64,000 bases of DNA from the IMG/VR virus record IMGVR_UViG_3300040815_003350. One strand, given 5' to 3'. The position numbers and the translations under genes are program-made. Each line of letters opens with the position of its first letter. Position 1 is the stretch's first letter. The notes beneath the pieces are model-generated. The model was not told the origin of the DNA, searched no databases, and saw only the letters and a list, made by a program, of their open reading frames with translations. Shown here piece after piece: positions 38,801-46,112 of the stretch. The stretch comes from an uncultured virus (IMG/VR IMGVR_UViG_3300040815_003350) (Duplodnaviria; Heunggongvirae; Uroviricota; Caudoviricetes).

Positions 38801-40833
38801 ATTTTATCAATAAAGATGTTGAACACATCCAAAAAGTTTCGGATGCTGCTTCTATTTCAAACAATGGTCCATTTACAATACAAGATAGTAAAGGCAACTT
38901 AGCAATCACCCACCCTGATGATAAATTAGTAGTATCTCCTAATGTATCTTACATTTCAGACGGGGTATCTGGTAAGGGGGGGCCTGTATTCCCAGTAAGT
39001 GAACAATTTGGTGCTCTAGATGTTAAAGTAGGAAAATCAGGAGTTGTAGTACAAAAAATTAAAGATGGATTTACGGGACTCCAAGAACTTAGAGAGGCCG
39101 AAGAAGCAGGGATGCCTATCGAATCTCAACCTGGAGCAGAAATAATAGGTGTAAGGGGACCATTTACTCAAGGTCTTACTAGTATTGAACCAATGCAAGT
39201 TGGTAGTAGAACCTATAAAGGAGCAGGAGTCATAAAAAAAGTTTATGGACTTGACTCAGAAGGATACGAAAGTAGAAGAGAAATCCAACAAGAGTGGTTA
39301 GACGACTACAAAATCGCTTACCAGTTATCTAAAAAAGGAATTAATTCTCAATTTGCTAAAACTGGAACTGATTCTTGGTTTAGAACTATTAATTTCTTTG
39401 AAAGACTCGTAAAACAAATAAATAGAACTGAACAAAAAGCTATTAAAGAAAATGTTCCTATATTTTTCTATGATTTTATGGCTAAAGAAGAGGAACGGGG
39501 AAGTCACGATTCTATAGATTATGGAACTACTATTCAAAGAGGTTTAACAGAAGGAAGCGCTGGACCTATCCATTATGGTACTGATGGAAGACCTTCATAC
39601 TTTACTATGGGATTAAATACTTTTGTAGAACCCAGTAAACTCTACAAAGATTATATCCCCCCAACCCCAGAACCAGAAGTAACTGAAAGTATACTTCCAG
39701 AAAGAACAATAGTTCCATCCCCTGAAATAGTAACAATTAGAGGTACTGAAGGTGAAACTTTTGTTACTTACAAAAATGGAGAAGTTATTGATTCTAGTAC
39801 TATAGAACAACAACAAAAAGCAAAAGAAGCTGGAAATTATACATACGCTGCTTTTGATGGTATTGGAGGTACTCTTCAAACTGTAAATGATGGTATTGGA
39901 TTTTGGGAAGTAATGCATGATCCAATAGGCGCTTTAAAACACTATGTACTTCCCTCTATAGTTGAAGGATCAGGACATTTAATAGAAAAAATATTCCACT
40001 CAAAAGCATTTAAACCCCTATTTGAAAAAGCATTAGGTAAAACTCCTATTGTGGGTCAGTTAATGCATGCTGGAACAGGAGCTTACAATATAAATAAACT
40101 TATAAAAGAAGGAGAAATTTCTCATGATGATCTTTATCAAGAAGTAGGTAAAACAGCCTTAATTACTATAGGAGGTATTGCTGGTGGTATTTTAGGAGAA
40201 GTTGCAATGGGTGCTTTAGGTTTAGCATCTGGTCCTGGGGCTGTAGTATTAGCAATGTTAGGAGGAGTAGCAGGAGCAATGATAGGAGAAATTGTTGCTG
40301 AAGCTATTGCTGATCTTATTGGAGCTCGTCCTATAGGAAAGCTAATAACTGGGTTTTTAACCTCAGACCTCGATCACTTGGCACCAACCCAATCACCCAG
40401 TTTAATGTCTGAACCTGCTCCTAACTTAGCTATGATTACTCCTATCTCAGATACCCTCCAAAAAGTATCAGATGGTGGAGCACTTGCTTCTAGAGGACCA
40501 TTTACAATCACAGATAAATTTGGTGCTACTGCTATAACAGCTAAAGGTGATGGTGTTGTAGTTTCTCCTAACATTTCGTATGTTAATGATGGTATGGATG
40601 GTATCGCTTCCATTGATAACATGGTAGCTAACGAAACACCACAAAATACTACGGTAATAGAAACTACATCAACTGATACCTCTGCCTTAGAACAAGAAGT
40701 AAAAGATTTAAAGGAGATTATGGCAGGGTTTGTTCAACAAATGTCACAAGTAGTAAACCGCCCTGTTGTAGTTGAATTAGATGGTAATAGGGTTGGTGAG
40801 TCTATAGGAAAAAATTCTTATAGAATCCAATGA
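32824..40833 (+). CDS. Tape measure protein with a modular C-terminal half
   Basis: 2669 aa. Ala/Gln/Glu-rich helical N-terminal half, Gly/Ala hydrophobic segments, a C-terminal VVVELDGNRVG, and the canonical position after the tube and chaperone genes. Confidence 0.85.
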   Translation: MATEDQLNNQRELNRALEEYSSGLTDASDFISILTSRTSDLVDQYRGLGRASKEFGENNKQTLSIIKQVSTAARAMQNPYEKIKDVQKDIEKSLKTQTQLTNSLNVAESRLGRTQKANLKEVTQQREKILGLETKQRITEGKLGAKSLKQAEEVFDLQVQAKEQQERINFLTESGLQAGDKAYDQAVSEQQLLDARLRAKSKNLSIDQQLFIQQEKELSTERDSLEVSENKLDVETKMVLTLKQAEVANKKSLDYLRDQEFRINTINRAQGLYNNTLGLSGKLLSRLGLENSKIQEAIQAGSDSANDLAKELTNGGQQAVGFGGKLRILGTGLLSFVKTLGKEIAAAFTIFVLKKTIYDPIKATFDALLGPAKKIAGEIKGYFQEAIGFIMDSFFSIRGFVQSFEQGEQLAFKYSQAVADIATNLGVGTQEAEKLFDQADRIGDRLTMLPEDVLKLTESLNQAFGTTQTFSDQTVETFGILVTRLGLANDEAAEFVKLSQLSGQESENFTETTQNQIRALKARYNVAVSETAVMKEMANASSAIQLSMRSGGKNIVEAAFQAKKLGLELNQVEGIAGNLLNFEESIAKEMEAELLLGRNLNLDRARAAALNNDLATVASEISRQAGSAAEFGRMSVIQQEALAAAVGMSRNELGDLLKTQELLAGTGFEDMNAAQQDYLKLVEKLGSEEAAMAEMRQRGLSEELVNTVRKASAQELEQKRQEKLLRAQLDMAEAMMPVVRAFRDISQLVQDIRNVFIQQLRPFFKELGFSIKDAGKAMKNTLLDAAVKVGEKVNDIGLTLVKFARTHGPEIKKTFDTVLGVFGAIYSKIGEIISELFDLDETANIGDPLVRSLDLVQNIAENVTDYINSIDAESIASTIKGIASTIVGYYEGLIGMVKFIKDNPWSTLGIVAGGATLISQLVARGSRMNPMYTKSVDGVGGFKNIFEKLFGKQYKGGQMLPGGGRAAAGGQRAGGLLSSAGFAKSGVGQVGTKIATTLSPGMAAGGAGTALAGLGAAAGALSSAAFIGKGIYDVSQLDNKSTSGEKATAKGGALGAGGGALLGAAIGTAILPGVGTAIGSGIGAAVGYFGGRMVGSIEDYQDDLDKSRKRLTKSEEAASASRQLLQASQDQILAEANVRLKKQFTDLSSYDADGVLGMTKENLQKFGQQLLDTGKITQQDFQDAMSGVITPSELLQTALENTKTKFDTLNTKTQEVINLQIEEAKRKAAELYGDQARIEAQQNYVNTLIDEEGKLRTDLRENQSVAEEFGEKIRDIALERQGSLSLQYLDAGTIQKLLEAKTAEEVDLGPNVGKGAVEFYFSQAQKMAEETKNALMDAGATSLTQDQMRDAVTAAITSEAGSFTTEGVFSFDAVSQGVDMLGAGLSAVSKQLESDANNFAAEVAETTAKATTMGEITSKINSELNTLYESFNAFNGQAEAENLLNNIFDFKVGKEGQTLKQLLGKDQTSRLIEQASDGLDAEELKGLQDLITTLSTKQELEALDLQYLSDSIRKLATQELQVEDVEDGIIQSVQDGQALASKGPFTITDKFGATAVTAAGDGIVVSPNITRVQDGTIPTGTEFLLSQLDSRSLEGTQSSGNMKPGDAMAMLYRNAVVPSMFPDRQDQAGVMKELMSLPEQKQARILSNVAGSQSVQDGITGDPMKGADPANAIMAIKSPSQEQTSEFKIPEAVANIPNLTNLDLSGINRGATTISQGEGPISSTEMEMRQEIGRQRRGQQLAFESAVRRQQEKEEARENLAALVYMAKKEPGDFLQVLLGGISLGAEGIGHAFPLLEPIAQPVAITADLLNATISGIRAYYYATTGNPSKALVYSGLAGLSLSAAIPVAGVGANASQIATLIGKGKHLMHHGGEKVITAYKATDLGLKQGTKALGLNKGKGYSHLTAATDVTNAFISGEVNNLILNEAQEASNYITEVGNEYIQDFTQAFDTPSASDNANIAINLQKDPHSPESQIIVQRILKDAGLEGASVDFINKDVEHIQKVSDAASISNNGPFTIQDSKGNLAITHPDDKLVVSPNVSYISDGVSGKGGPVFPVSEQFGALDVKVGKSGVVVQKIKDGFTGLQELREAEEAGMPIESQPGAEIIGVRGPFTQGLTSIEPMQVGSRTYKGAGVIKKVYGLDSEGYESRREIQQEWLDDYKIAYQLSKKGINSQFAKTGTDSWFRTINFFERLVKQINRTEQKAIKENVPIFFYDFMAKEEERGSHDSIDYGTTIQRGLTEGSAGPIHYGTDGRPSYFTMGLNTFVEPSKLYKDYIPPTPEPEVTESILPERTIVPSPEIVTIRGTEGETFVTYKNGEVIDSSTIEQQQKAKEAGNYTYAAFDGIGGTLQTVNDGIGFWEVMHDPIGALKHYVLPSIVEGSGHLIEKIFHSKAFKPLFEKALGKTPIVGQLMHAGTGAYNINKLIKEGEISHDDLYQEVGKTALITIGGIAGGILGEVAMGALGLASGPGAVVLAMLGGVAGAMIGEIVAEAIADLIGARPIGKLITGFLTSDLDHLAPTQSPSLMSEPAPNLAMITPISDTLQKVSDGGALASRGPFTITDKFGATAITAKGDGVVVSPNISYVNDGMDGIASIDNMVANETPQNTTVIETTSTDTSALEQEVKDLKEIMAGFVQQMSQVVNRPVVVELDGNRVGESIGKNSYRIQ

Positions 40834-40848
40834 TTCTAAAATCCTATA

Positions 40849-40857
40849 ATATTTATA
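40849..40857 (+). promoter_or_regulatory. Motif ATATTTATA
   Basis: Upstream of 40896 and the baseplate operon. Confidence 0.7.
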
Positions 40858-40895
40858 AATAAATCGATTTTTTATTAACCTTAAAACTTAACAAC

Positions 40896-41066
40896 ATGTC
40901 ATTAAAAGATTCAGTCGCAATAAGCAACTTAGGACTTGGAGGTGCCGATCCACAAATCACTAATGCTGCCCCTTCTAATAATGGTGTATCTATTTTAGAG
41001 GGCTCAATTTTTGATCTCAATGATGGTGCTACTCCCCCTAAATACTTAGACAACCCACCCTCATAA
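40896..41066 (+). CDS. Small hypothetical protein, 56 aa (not in ORF track)
   Basis: MSLKDSVAISNLGLGGADPQITNAAPSNNGVSILEGSIFDLNDGATPPKYLDNPPS*, preceded by an ATATTTATA motif and an A-rich leader. Confidence 0.7.
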   Translation: MSLKDSVAISNLGLGGADPQITNAAPSNNGVSILEGSIFDLNDGATPPKYLDNPPS

Positions 41067-41076
41067 TTATCAGTGA

Positions 41077-42714
41077 ATGCCCGGAATTATAGATCTTCAG
41101 ACTAACCTAAGGGATCTTCCTTATTCCACTGATAGCAAGCAACCTTATATTAGGACTCGGATCCCAGCTTATGGTGACCCGGGTCCTAAAGCTTTGCTTG
41201 GTAAAGATGTAATAGGAAGAAATGGGCAAATTGGTGCTGCTTTAGAGGATGTCAGCCGCATAACCAAATGGGGGTTTGATGGAATTGGAGGTCTATTAGC
41301 TGTAGTTAAAGATAATGGATTAGCTCTTACTAATCCTAAACCATTAGGCAATGCTTTTTCAGGAGTACGTCCTAGAAGATTATATAATCCTTTAAATACT
41401 ATTGCCCAAATAGCTGTTCAAGGAACAGGACTTCATTTAAATAGAAATGGTATATTACCCTTTTTAGATGAACAAGACACATATATTAATGTTGTCAAAA
41501 ACAGTTTTAGTGGAAACCAGGGAGGACCTAACAGATTAACATCTTTACGTAAAGTAAAGCTTTTAGGAGAAACCATTACACCAACTGAAGCAGATGAACT
41601 TAGTGTTAATGGAACAGATGAAAACATTCTTATAGACTATGGAGGAGGCCCAGGATCAGTTTTAGGTATTGGTAGAACTAAAGTTAGAAGATCAGATTTT
41701 ACTGAAGAATGGGTAAAAGTTATAGGTTCTACAGAACAAAGTTATAAACGTTCACAAATTGTAGCTTTAACTTACAAACAACTTGATCAACGTCCTGATA
41801 TAAGAACTTTAGGAACGGGATTAGTAAATTTACCTAATTTTGCTCAAACTTTACTTGAAAACACAGCTGTAACTGATCCTGTAAAAAAACACGTTTTAGG
41901 GAGAATAGCTGATTATTCCTCATTTAACAGAGATGAAACTTACAATGCTGGTGATCCCGGTAATAGTTTAAATTTAGATAGAGAAGCTTACTATGAAGGA
42001 GTTCCAAAACAAAGTGTTACTGAAGTTAAAGGAGTTGACCGTTTAAATTATCAAAGAATATATACTACGAATGATGGGGTTGCCGAAGGGTATGAAGACA
42101 TAATTAAATTTTATTTTGCGGTATTAGATAATGATGACCCTCAACAAAAAGTTTATACCCACTTTAGAGCATATTTAACTAATTTTGGTGACAGCTACTC
42201 CTCAGAATGGAACTCATTCAGATATATGGGTAGAGGGGAAAACTTTTACAGATACTCAGGATTTGATAGAAGTGTAAATTTAGGGTTCCAAGTTCATGTA
42301 GGATCCAGAGCAGAATTGTTTCCAACCTATGATAAGTTAAATTACCTTGCTTCTGTAACAGCTCCTGATTATTCTGAGGGAGGATTTATGAGAGGTAATA
42401 TAATTGAATTAACAGTGGGGGATTATTTAAATAATGTTCCTGGAATAATTGAAAAACTTGATTTTTCATTCCCTATGGATTCCCCATGGGAAATAGCCCG
42501 AAAAGACGATGGTAGTGTAGACCAAAATTCAGCAGAATTACCTACATTAGTAGAAGTTAGCATGAATTTTAAACCAATAGAAAGATTCCTTCCAAGAACC
42601 ATTAACTCAACTACTGTAGATGAAAGATTCTTTGATGGATTAGACACTCTTCCAGAATCTCAATTTATTAGTATGGGATCTGATAATAAAGGATACAAAT
42701 CATACACCACATAA
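41077..42714 (+). CDS. Baseplate / tail-tube initiator-like protein
   Basis: C-terminal tube-like domain FRAYL..F.DSY...W....YMGRGE.FY.YSGFDRSV, and its position after the tape measure. Confidence 0.6.
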   Translation: MPGIIDLQTNLRDLPYSTDSKQPYIRTRIPAYGDPGPKALLGKDVIGRNGQIGAALEDVSRITKWGFDGIGGLLAVVKDNGLALTNPKPLGNAFSGVRPRRLYNPLNTIAQIAVQGTGLHLNRNGILPFLDEQDTYINVVKNSFSGNQGGPNRLTSLRKVKLLGETITPTEADELSVNGTDENILIDYGGGPGSVLGIGRTKVRRSDFTEEWVKVIGSTEQSYKRSQIVALTYKQLDQRPDIRTLGTGLVNLPNFAQTLLENTAVTDPVKKHVLGRIADYSSFNRDETYNAGDPGNSLNLDREAYYEGVPKQSVTEVKGVDRLNYQRIYTTNDGVAEGYEDIIKFYFAVLDNDDPQQKVYTHFRAYLTNFGDSYSSEWNSFRYMGRGENFYRYSGFDRSVNLGFQVHVGSRAELFPTYDKLNYLASVTAPDYSEGGFMRGNIIELTVGDYLNNVPGIIEKLDFSFPMDSPWEIARKDDGSVDQNSAELPTLVEVSMNFKPIERFLPRTINSTTVDERFFDGLDTLPESQFISMGSDNKGYKSYTT

Positions 42715-43025
42715 TGAACCGTTATCAATCTATATCTAGACGTACTGATTCTAATATTGCTCCTGGTAAGCGATACAAGGCTACTACTAAGTATCCTGAA
42801 ATTCCTTTATCTGTAAGTGATATATATGTTATTACACAAGATGGTGATAGATATGATTTATTAGCTAATCAATATTATAGAGATAAATCATTATGGTGGA
42901 TAATAGCTATTGCTAATCCATCAATAATGTTTGGAACCTTAATACCCCCAACTGGAATCCAATTAAGAATCCCAGTTAATATTACACAAATTTTAGATAG
43001 TTATAATAAGTTGAATAATGGCTAA
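42714..43025 (+). CDS. LysM / gp53 / tail-X-like baseplate protein
   Basis: GDRYDLLANQYY.D.SLWWIIAIAN...G.QLRIP. Confidence 0.8.
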   Translation: MNRYQSISRRTDSNIAPGKRYKATTKYPEIPLSVSDIYVITQDGDRYDLLANQYYRDKSLWWIIAIANPSIMFGTLIPPTGIQLRIPVNITQILDSYNKLNNG

Positions 43026-45483
43026 TGATATAGTAGGAGCTCCTTTTAGTAGATGGGTAGCACAACAAATAGAAAAAAGAGAAACAGTTTTAGGAAAAAC
43101 CCCTCACGCCCCAGAAGAATTACTTTTTTTAAATAATAAAGGGTCTTGGATTAGGGTAGCATCGTCGGTAGATATTGACAATAATGCCCCTAAACCTTTC
43201 TTAGATCGATATGGATCTGTAGCAAGTGGTAAAAGCTTAGCTGAAAATTTTGTTTTATTTAGTGGAATCAACACCCAAGGAAATACTTCAACTACTACAT
43301 TAGGAGGAGTAAGACCTACCGCAGAGTTTAACCCCATTGAAGCAGCCAGATACTCTTATGGTTTTGGTTCTACTGAGTACGGGTTAACCCCTCCCCCAGG
43401 AATTGATAGTTTAAAAATTAGACACATAAATAGAGGATCTCTTAGAAAGTATGATCTCAAACTAAAAGCTCAAAATTTGGATCAATTTGAACTTATAGAG
43501 GCTTTATATTTAAAATTAGGGTATTTTCTATTAATAGAATGGGGTCATACTTCATACTTTACTCAAGACGACGATAATAATTTTATCTACCAACCTTCCC
43601 CTGAATATGTAACCCCAGCATATACAGAATTTTTTAATGCTAATAAAGATGGTGTTATTAGAGAACTCCAAAAGCATAGGAAAGATACTTCTGGCAATTA
43701 TGATGGGGGTTTAGTAAAAGTAAATAATTTTAGTTGGAATTTTAACCCTGATGGGACTTATGATATAACAATAAGTGCTGTTTCTATAGGAGGACTTATA
43801 GATTCTCTTTTATTAAATTACCCAACTGTAGATTCTATTACTCCTTCTAATAGATATGAATTAAAAAATCTAACTCCTAATGAAAAAAGGAATAAAGCAG
43901 AAGATTTAGGAGAAACTATTGAAGATAGTGATAATGCTGATATTGTTTTTAAACAAATAGTTTCTAAATACTTAGCACAAGGAGATTTTCAAACTTTATT
44001 AGATAACAAGATTATTCAAGAAGAAGGAGAAACAGCTGGGGGTGAGAGCTTAGATACTATTACTTTTGATGATTTTGGTCAAGTAGTATTTGTAGATCAA
44101 TATAAAACATTTTTAAATCAACATTTAATTGAAAATATTGTTAAGTTAAAAAAAACTCCTTGGAAACAAATTGATGGCAAAGATAGGTATAAAACACTTT
44201 CTGGTAATAACCTTATATCCATTAAATTCAATAATGGAGACAGCAAAAAATCAGATAGGGAAGCTTTTTATATGAAATTAGGCCCTTTACTTGATCACAT
44301 TCAAGAGGGGTTAAAACTTAATGTTAATGAAAATTCTACTACTGAGCAAAGGAAAAATTCTAAATCTCCCTTATATATAAAAACAGTAGAACAATATATG
44401 TTTACTCATTGGTTTCAAAATTCTGCTAATCCACAAGTATGCCTAGTACCTTTTAAGGTTAAAGATCCTGAAACCCAAGAAACAATTACCCCTCTAGATG
44501 ATATTTTAGGCACTAGTTTTTTAGATAAGGGGGATGCTAAAAATAATGATTTTGCTGCGTCATTATATGATATCCATGTAAATTTTGAATTTATAGCTAG
44601 TACTTTAAGGAATACTGAGGCAAATGATGAGAACAATAATATTACTCTTTATGGCTTCCTTACTAACCTTATGGATGGGATCCAACTTGCTTTAGGAGAT
44701 ATAAACAAATTTTCAGTTATATATAACGAAGATTCAAACTATATTTTAATTCAAGATGACACTAAAATAGATGGTCAAGAATCCACAGAACAACCACCTA
44801 CCCCAATTAGAGCTTACGGAGTAAATGTAAATGATTCTAAAGGTAGTTTTGTAAAAAATATTTCTATGACATCTCAAATTACTCCTAAATTAGCAACTGA
44901 GTTAGCGATTGGGTCTGCAGCATCTGGAAATGATATTACTAATAGTGCTTCTTTATTATCTAGATGGAATGCTGGGTTTACTGATAGATGTCATGCTAAA
45001 GATACCGAAGCACAAACTAATAACCCTTCTGGAAGAGATTTATTAGATACTCTTAAAAGTAAGTATAAATTATACTTTGATTATTTAAAATCTTCTTTTA
45101 TTGACTTTAATGCTCCTACTACTCCTGATATTAATACTGCTTTAGCTAGCCTTCCTTCTTTATTAGAGTATGATTTAGGAATTAAAACTATAAATGGAGA
45201 AATAGACGGTAAAGGATTTATCCCTATAAATCTTTCAGTAACTGTAGATGGTTTATCTGGGGTTCTTTTATTCCAAAAATTTTCATTAACTCCGAATATT
45301 TTACCTCCTACTTATAGTGAAGGGATAGATTTTGTTGTAAAAAGTATAGATCATACAATTATAGGAAATGAATGGACCACTAGTTATGGAACCATTTCAG
45401 TCCCTAGGTTTAGACCAACTGAAAATCAAACTTCAAAAAGTAGTTCTCCTGGAACGGAATTTAGTTTAAGCGCACCTTTTTAA
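43018..45483 (+). CDS. Baseplate hub-like protein
   Basis: LIEWGH, V.NFSW....DGTYD and a C-terminal F.VKSIDHTI..NEWTT. Follows the LysM-like gene. Confidence 0.55.
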   Translation: MANDIVGAPFSRWVAQQIEKRETVLGKTPHAPEELLFLNNKGSWIRVASSVDIDNNAPKPFLDRYGSVASGKSLAENFVLFSGINTQGNTSTTTLGGVRPTAEFNPIEAARYSYGFGSTEYGLTPPPGIDSLKIRHINRGSLRKYDLKLKAQNLDQFELIEALYLKLGYFLLIEWGHTSYFTQDDDNNFIYQPSPEYVTPAYTEFFNANKDGVIRELQKHRKDTSGNYDGGLVKVNNFSWNFNPDGTYDITISAVSIGGLIDSLLLNYPTVDSITPSNRYELKNLTPNEKRNKAEDLGETIEDSDNADIVFKQIVSKYLAQGDFQTLLDNKIIQEEGETAGGESLDTITFDDFGQVVFVDQYKTFLNQHLIENIVKLKKTPWKQIDGKDRYKTLSGNNLISIKFNNGDSKKSDREAFYMKLGPLLDHIQEGLKLNVNENSTTEQRKNSKSPLYIKTVEQYMFTHWFQNSANPQVCLVPFKVKDPETQETITPLDDILGTSFLDKGDAKNNDFAASLYDIHVNFEFIASTLRNTEANDENNNITLYGFLTNLMDGIQLALGDINKFSVIYNEDSNYILIQDDTKIDGQESTEQPPTPIRAYGVNVNDSKGSFVKNISMTSQITPKLATELAIGSAASGNDITNSASLLSRWNAGFTDRCHAKDTEAQTNNPSGRDLLDTLKSKYKLYFDYLKSSFIDFNAPTTPDINTALASLPSLLEYDLGIKTINGEIDGKGFIPINLSVTVDGLSGVLLFQKFSLTPNILPPTYSEGIDFVVKSIDHTIIGNEWTTSYGTISVPRFRPTENQTSKSSSPGTEFSLSAPF

Positions 45484-45485
45484 TC

Positions 45486-46082
45486 ATGACTTATTACCCA
45501 AAATCACAAATTAAAATAAATCAATTTACTAAAGGAAACCAATTCCAATTAGTTTCTACTCAGGAAGAGTACGTGGGATATTTTTGGTCTACTTCTCGGG
45601 GGGAATATTTTTCTGGTCGCAATCCACAAGATCTTATATCTCAACCATTACAGTTAATCCCTGTAATACCTGACGCGAAATCTTCATTGCTTACGTATAC
45701 TGAAGGTAATAAAACGTATAAAAACTTAAAAGGTGTAAATGAAAGCATAGCTTTAAAACTTCCTTATTATCAAAAACCAACACCTACATCATTAGATTAT
45801 CAAAAAGGAAACTTAGAAAGGTATTTTGCTAAAAAGATTAATGAGAACCTATACATAGAAACTGATAAAGAAGTTTATGATAAAATGGTTAAAAAAGATA
45901 AGGAGTATGCTTATCAATATTACATAATATTTACTTTAAACTGGTTAATTACTGGGAATACTAAAGATGTTAGATTTAATAATGAAAGGTTAGTTTCTTT
46001 GATAGAAAAAAATTATAATATAGAAGGATTAAGAGAATATTTAGGATTTAATTATTTAGAATTCTATCGACCATCTTTGTAA
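45486..46082 (+). CDS. Hypothetical baseplate-region protein
   Basis: Uninterrupted ORF in the tail operon. Confidence 0.65.
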   Translation: MTYYPKSQIKINQFTKGNQFQLVSTQEEYVGYFWSTSRGEYFSGRNPQDLISQPLQLIPVIPDAKSSLLTYTEGNKTYKNLKGVNESIALKLPYYQKPTPTSLDYQKGNLERYFAKKINENLYIETDKEVYDKMVKKDKEYAYQYYIIFTLNWLITGNTKDVRFNNERLVSLIEKNYNIEGLREYLGFNYLEFYRPSL

Positions 46083-46090
46083 TATTTATA
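46082..46090 (+). promoter_or_regulatory. Motif ATATTTATA
   Basis: Upstream of 46113. Confidence 0.7.
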
Positions 46091-46112
46091 ACAAAGAATC
46101 CCTAAATAGTTT

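Noticed and set aside
27495..45483. Bacterial extracellular contractile injection system or tailocin locus, suggested by the two sheaths and LysM gene
   Set aside because: Terminase, portal, protease, scaffold and capsid genes are contiguous with it, so this is a complete phage morphogenesis region.
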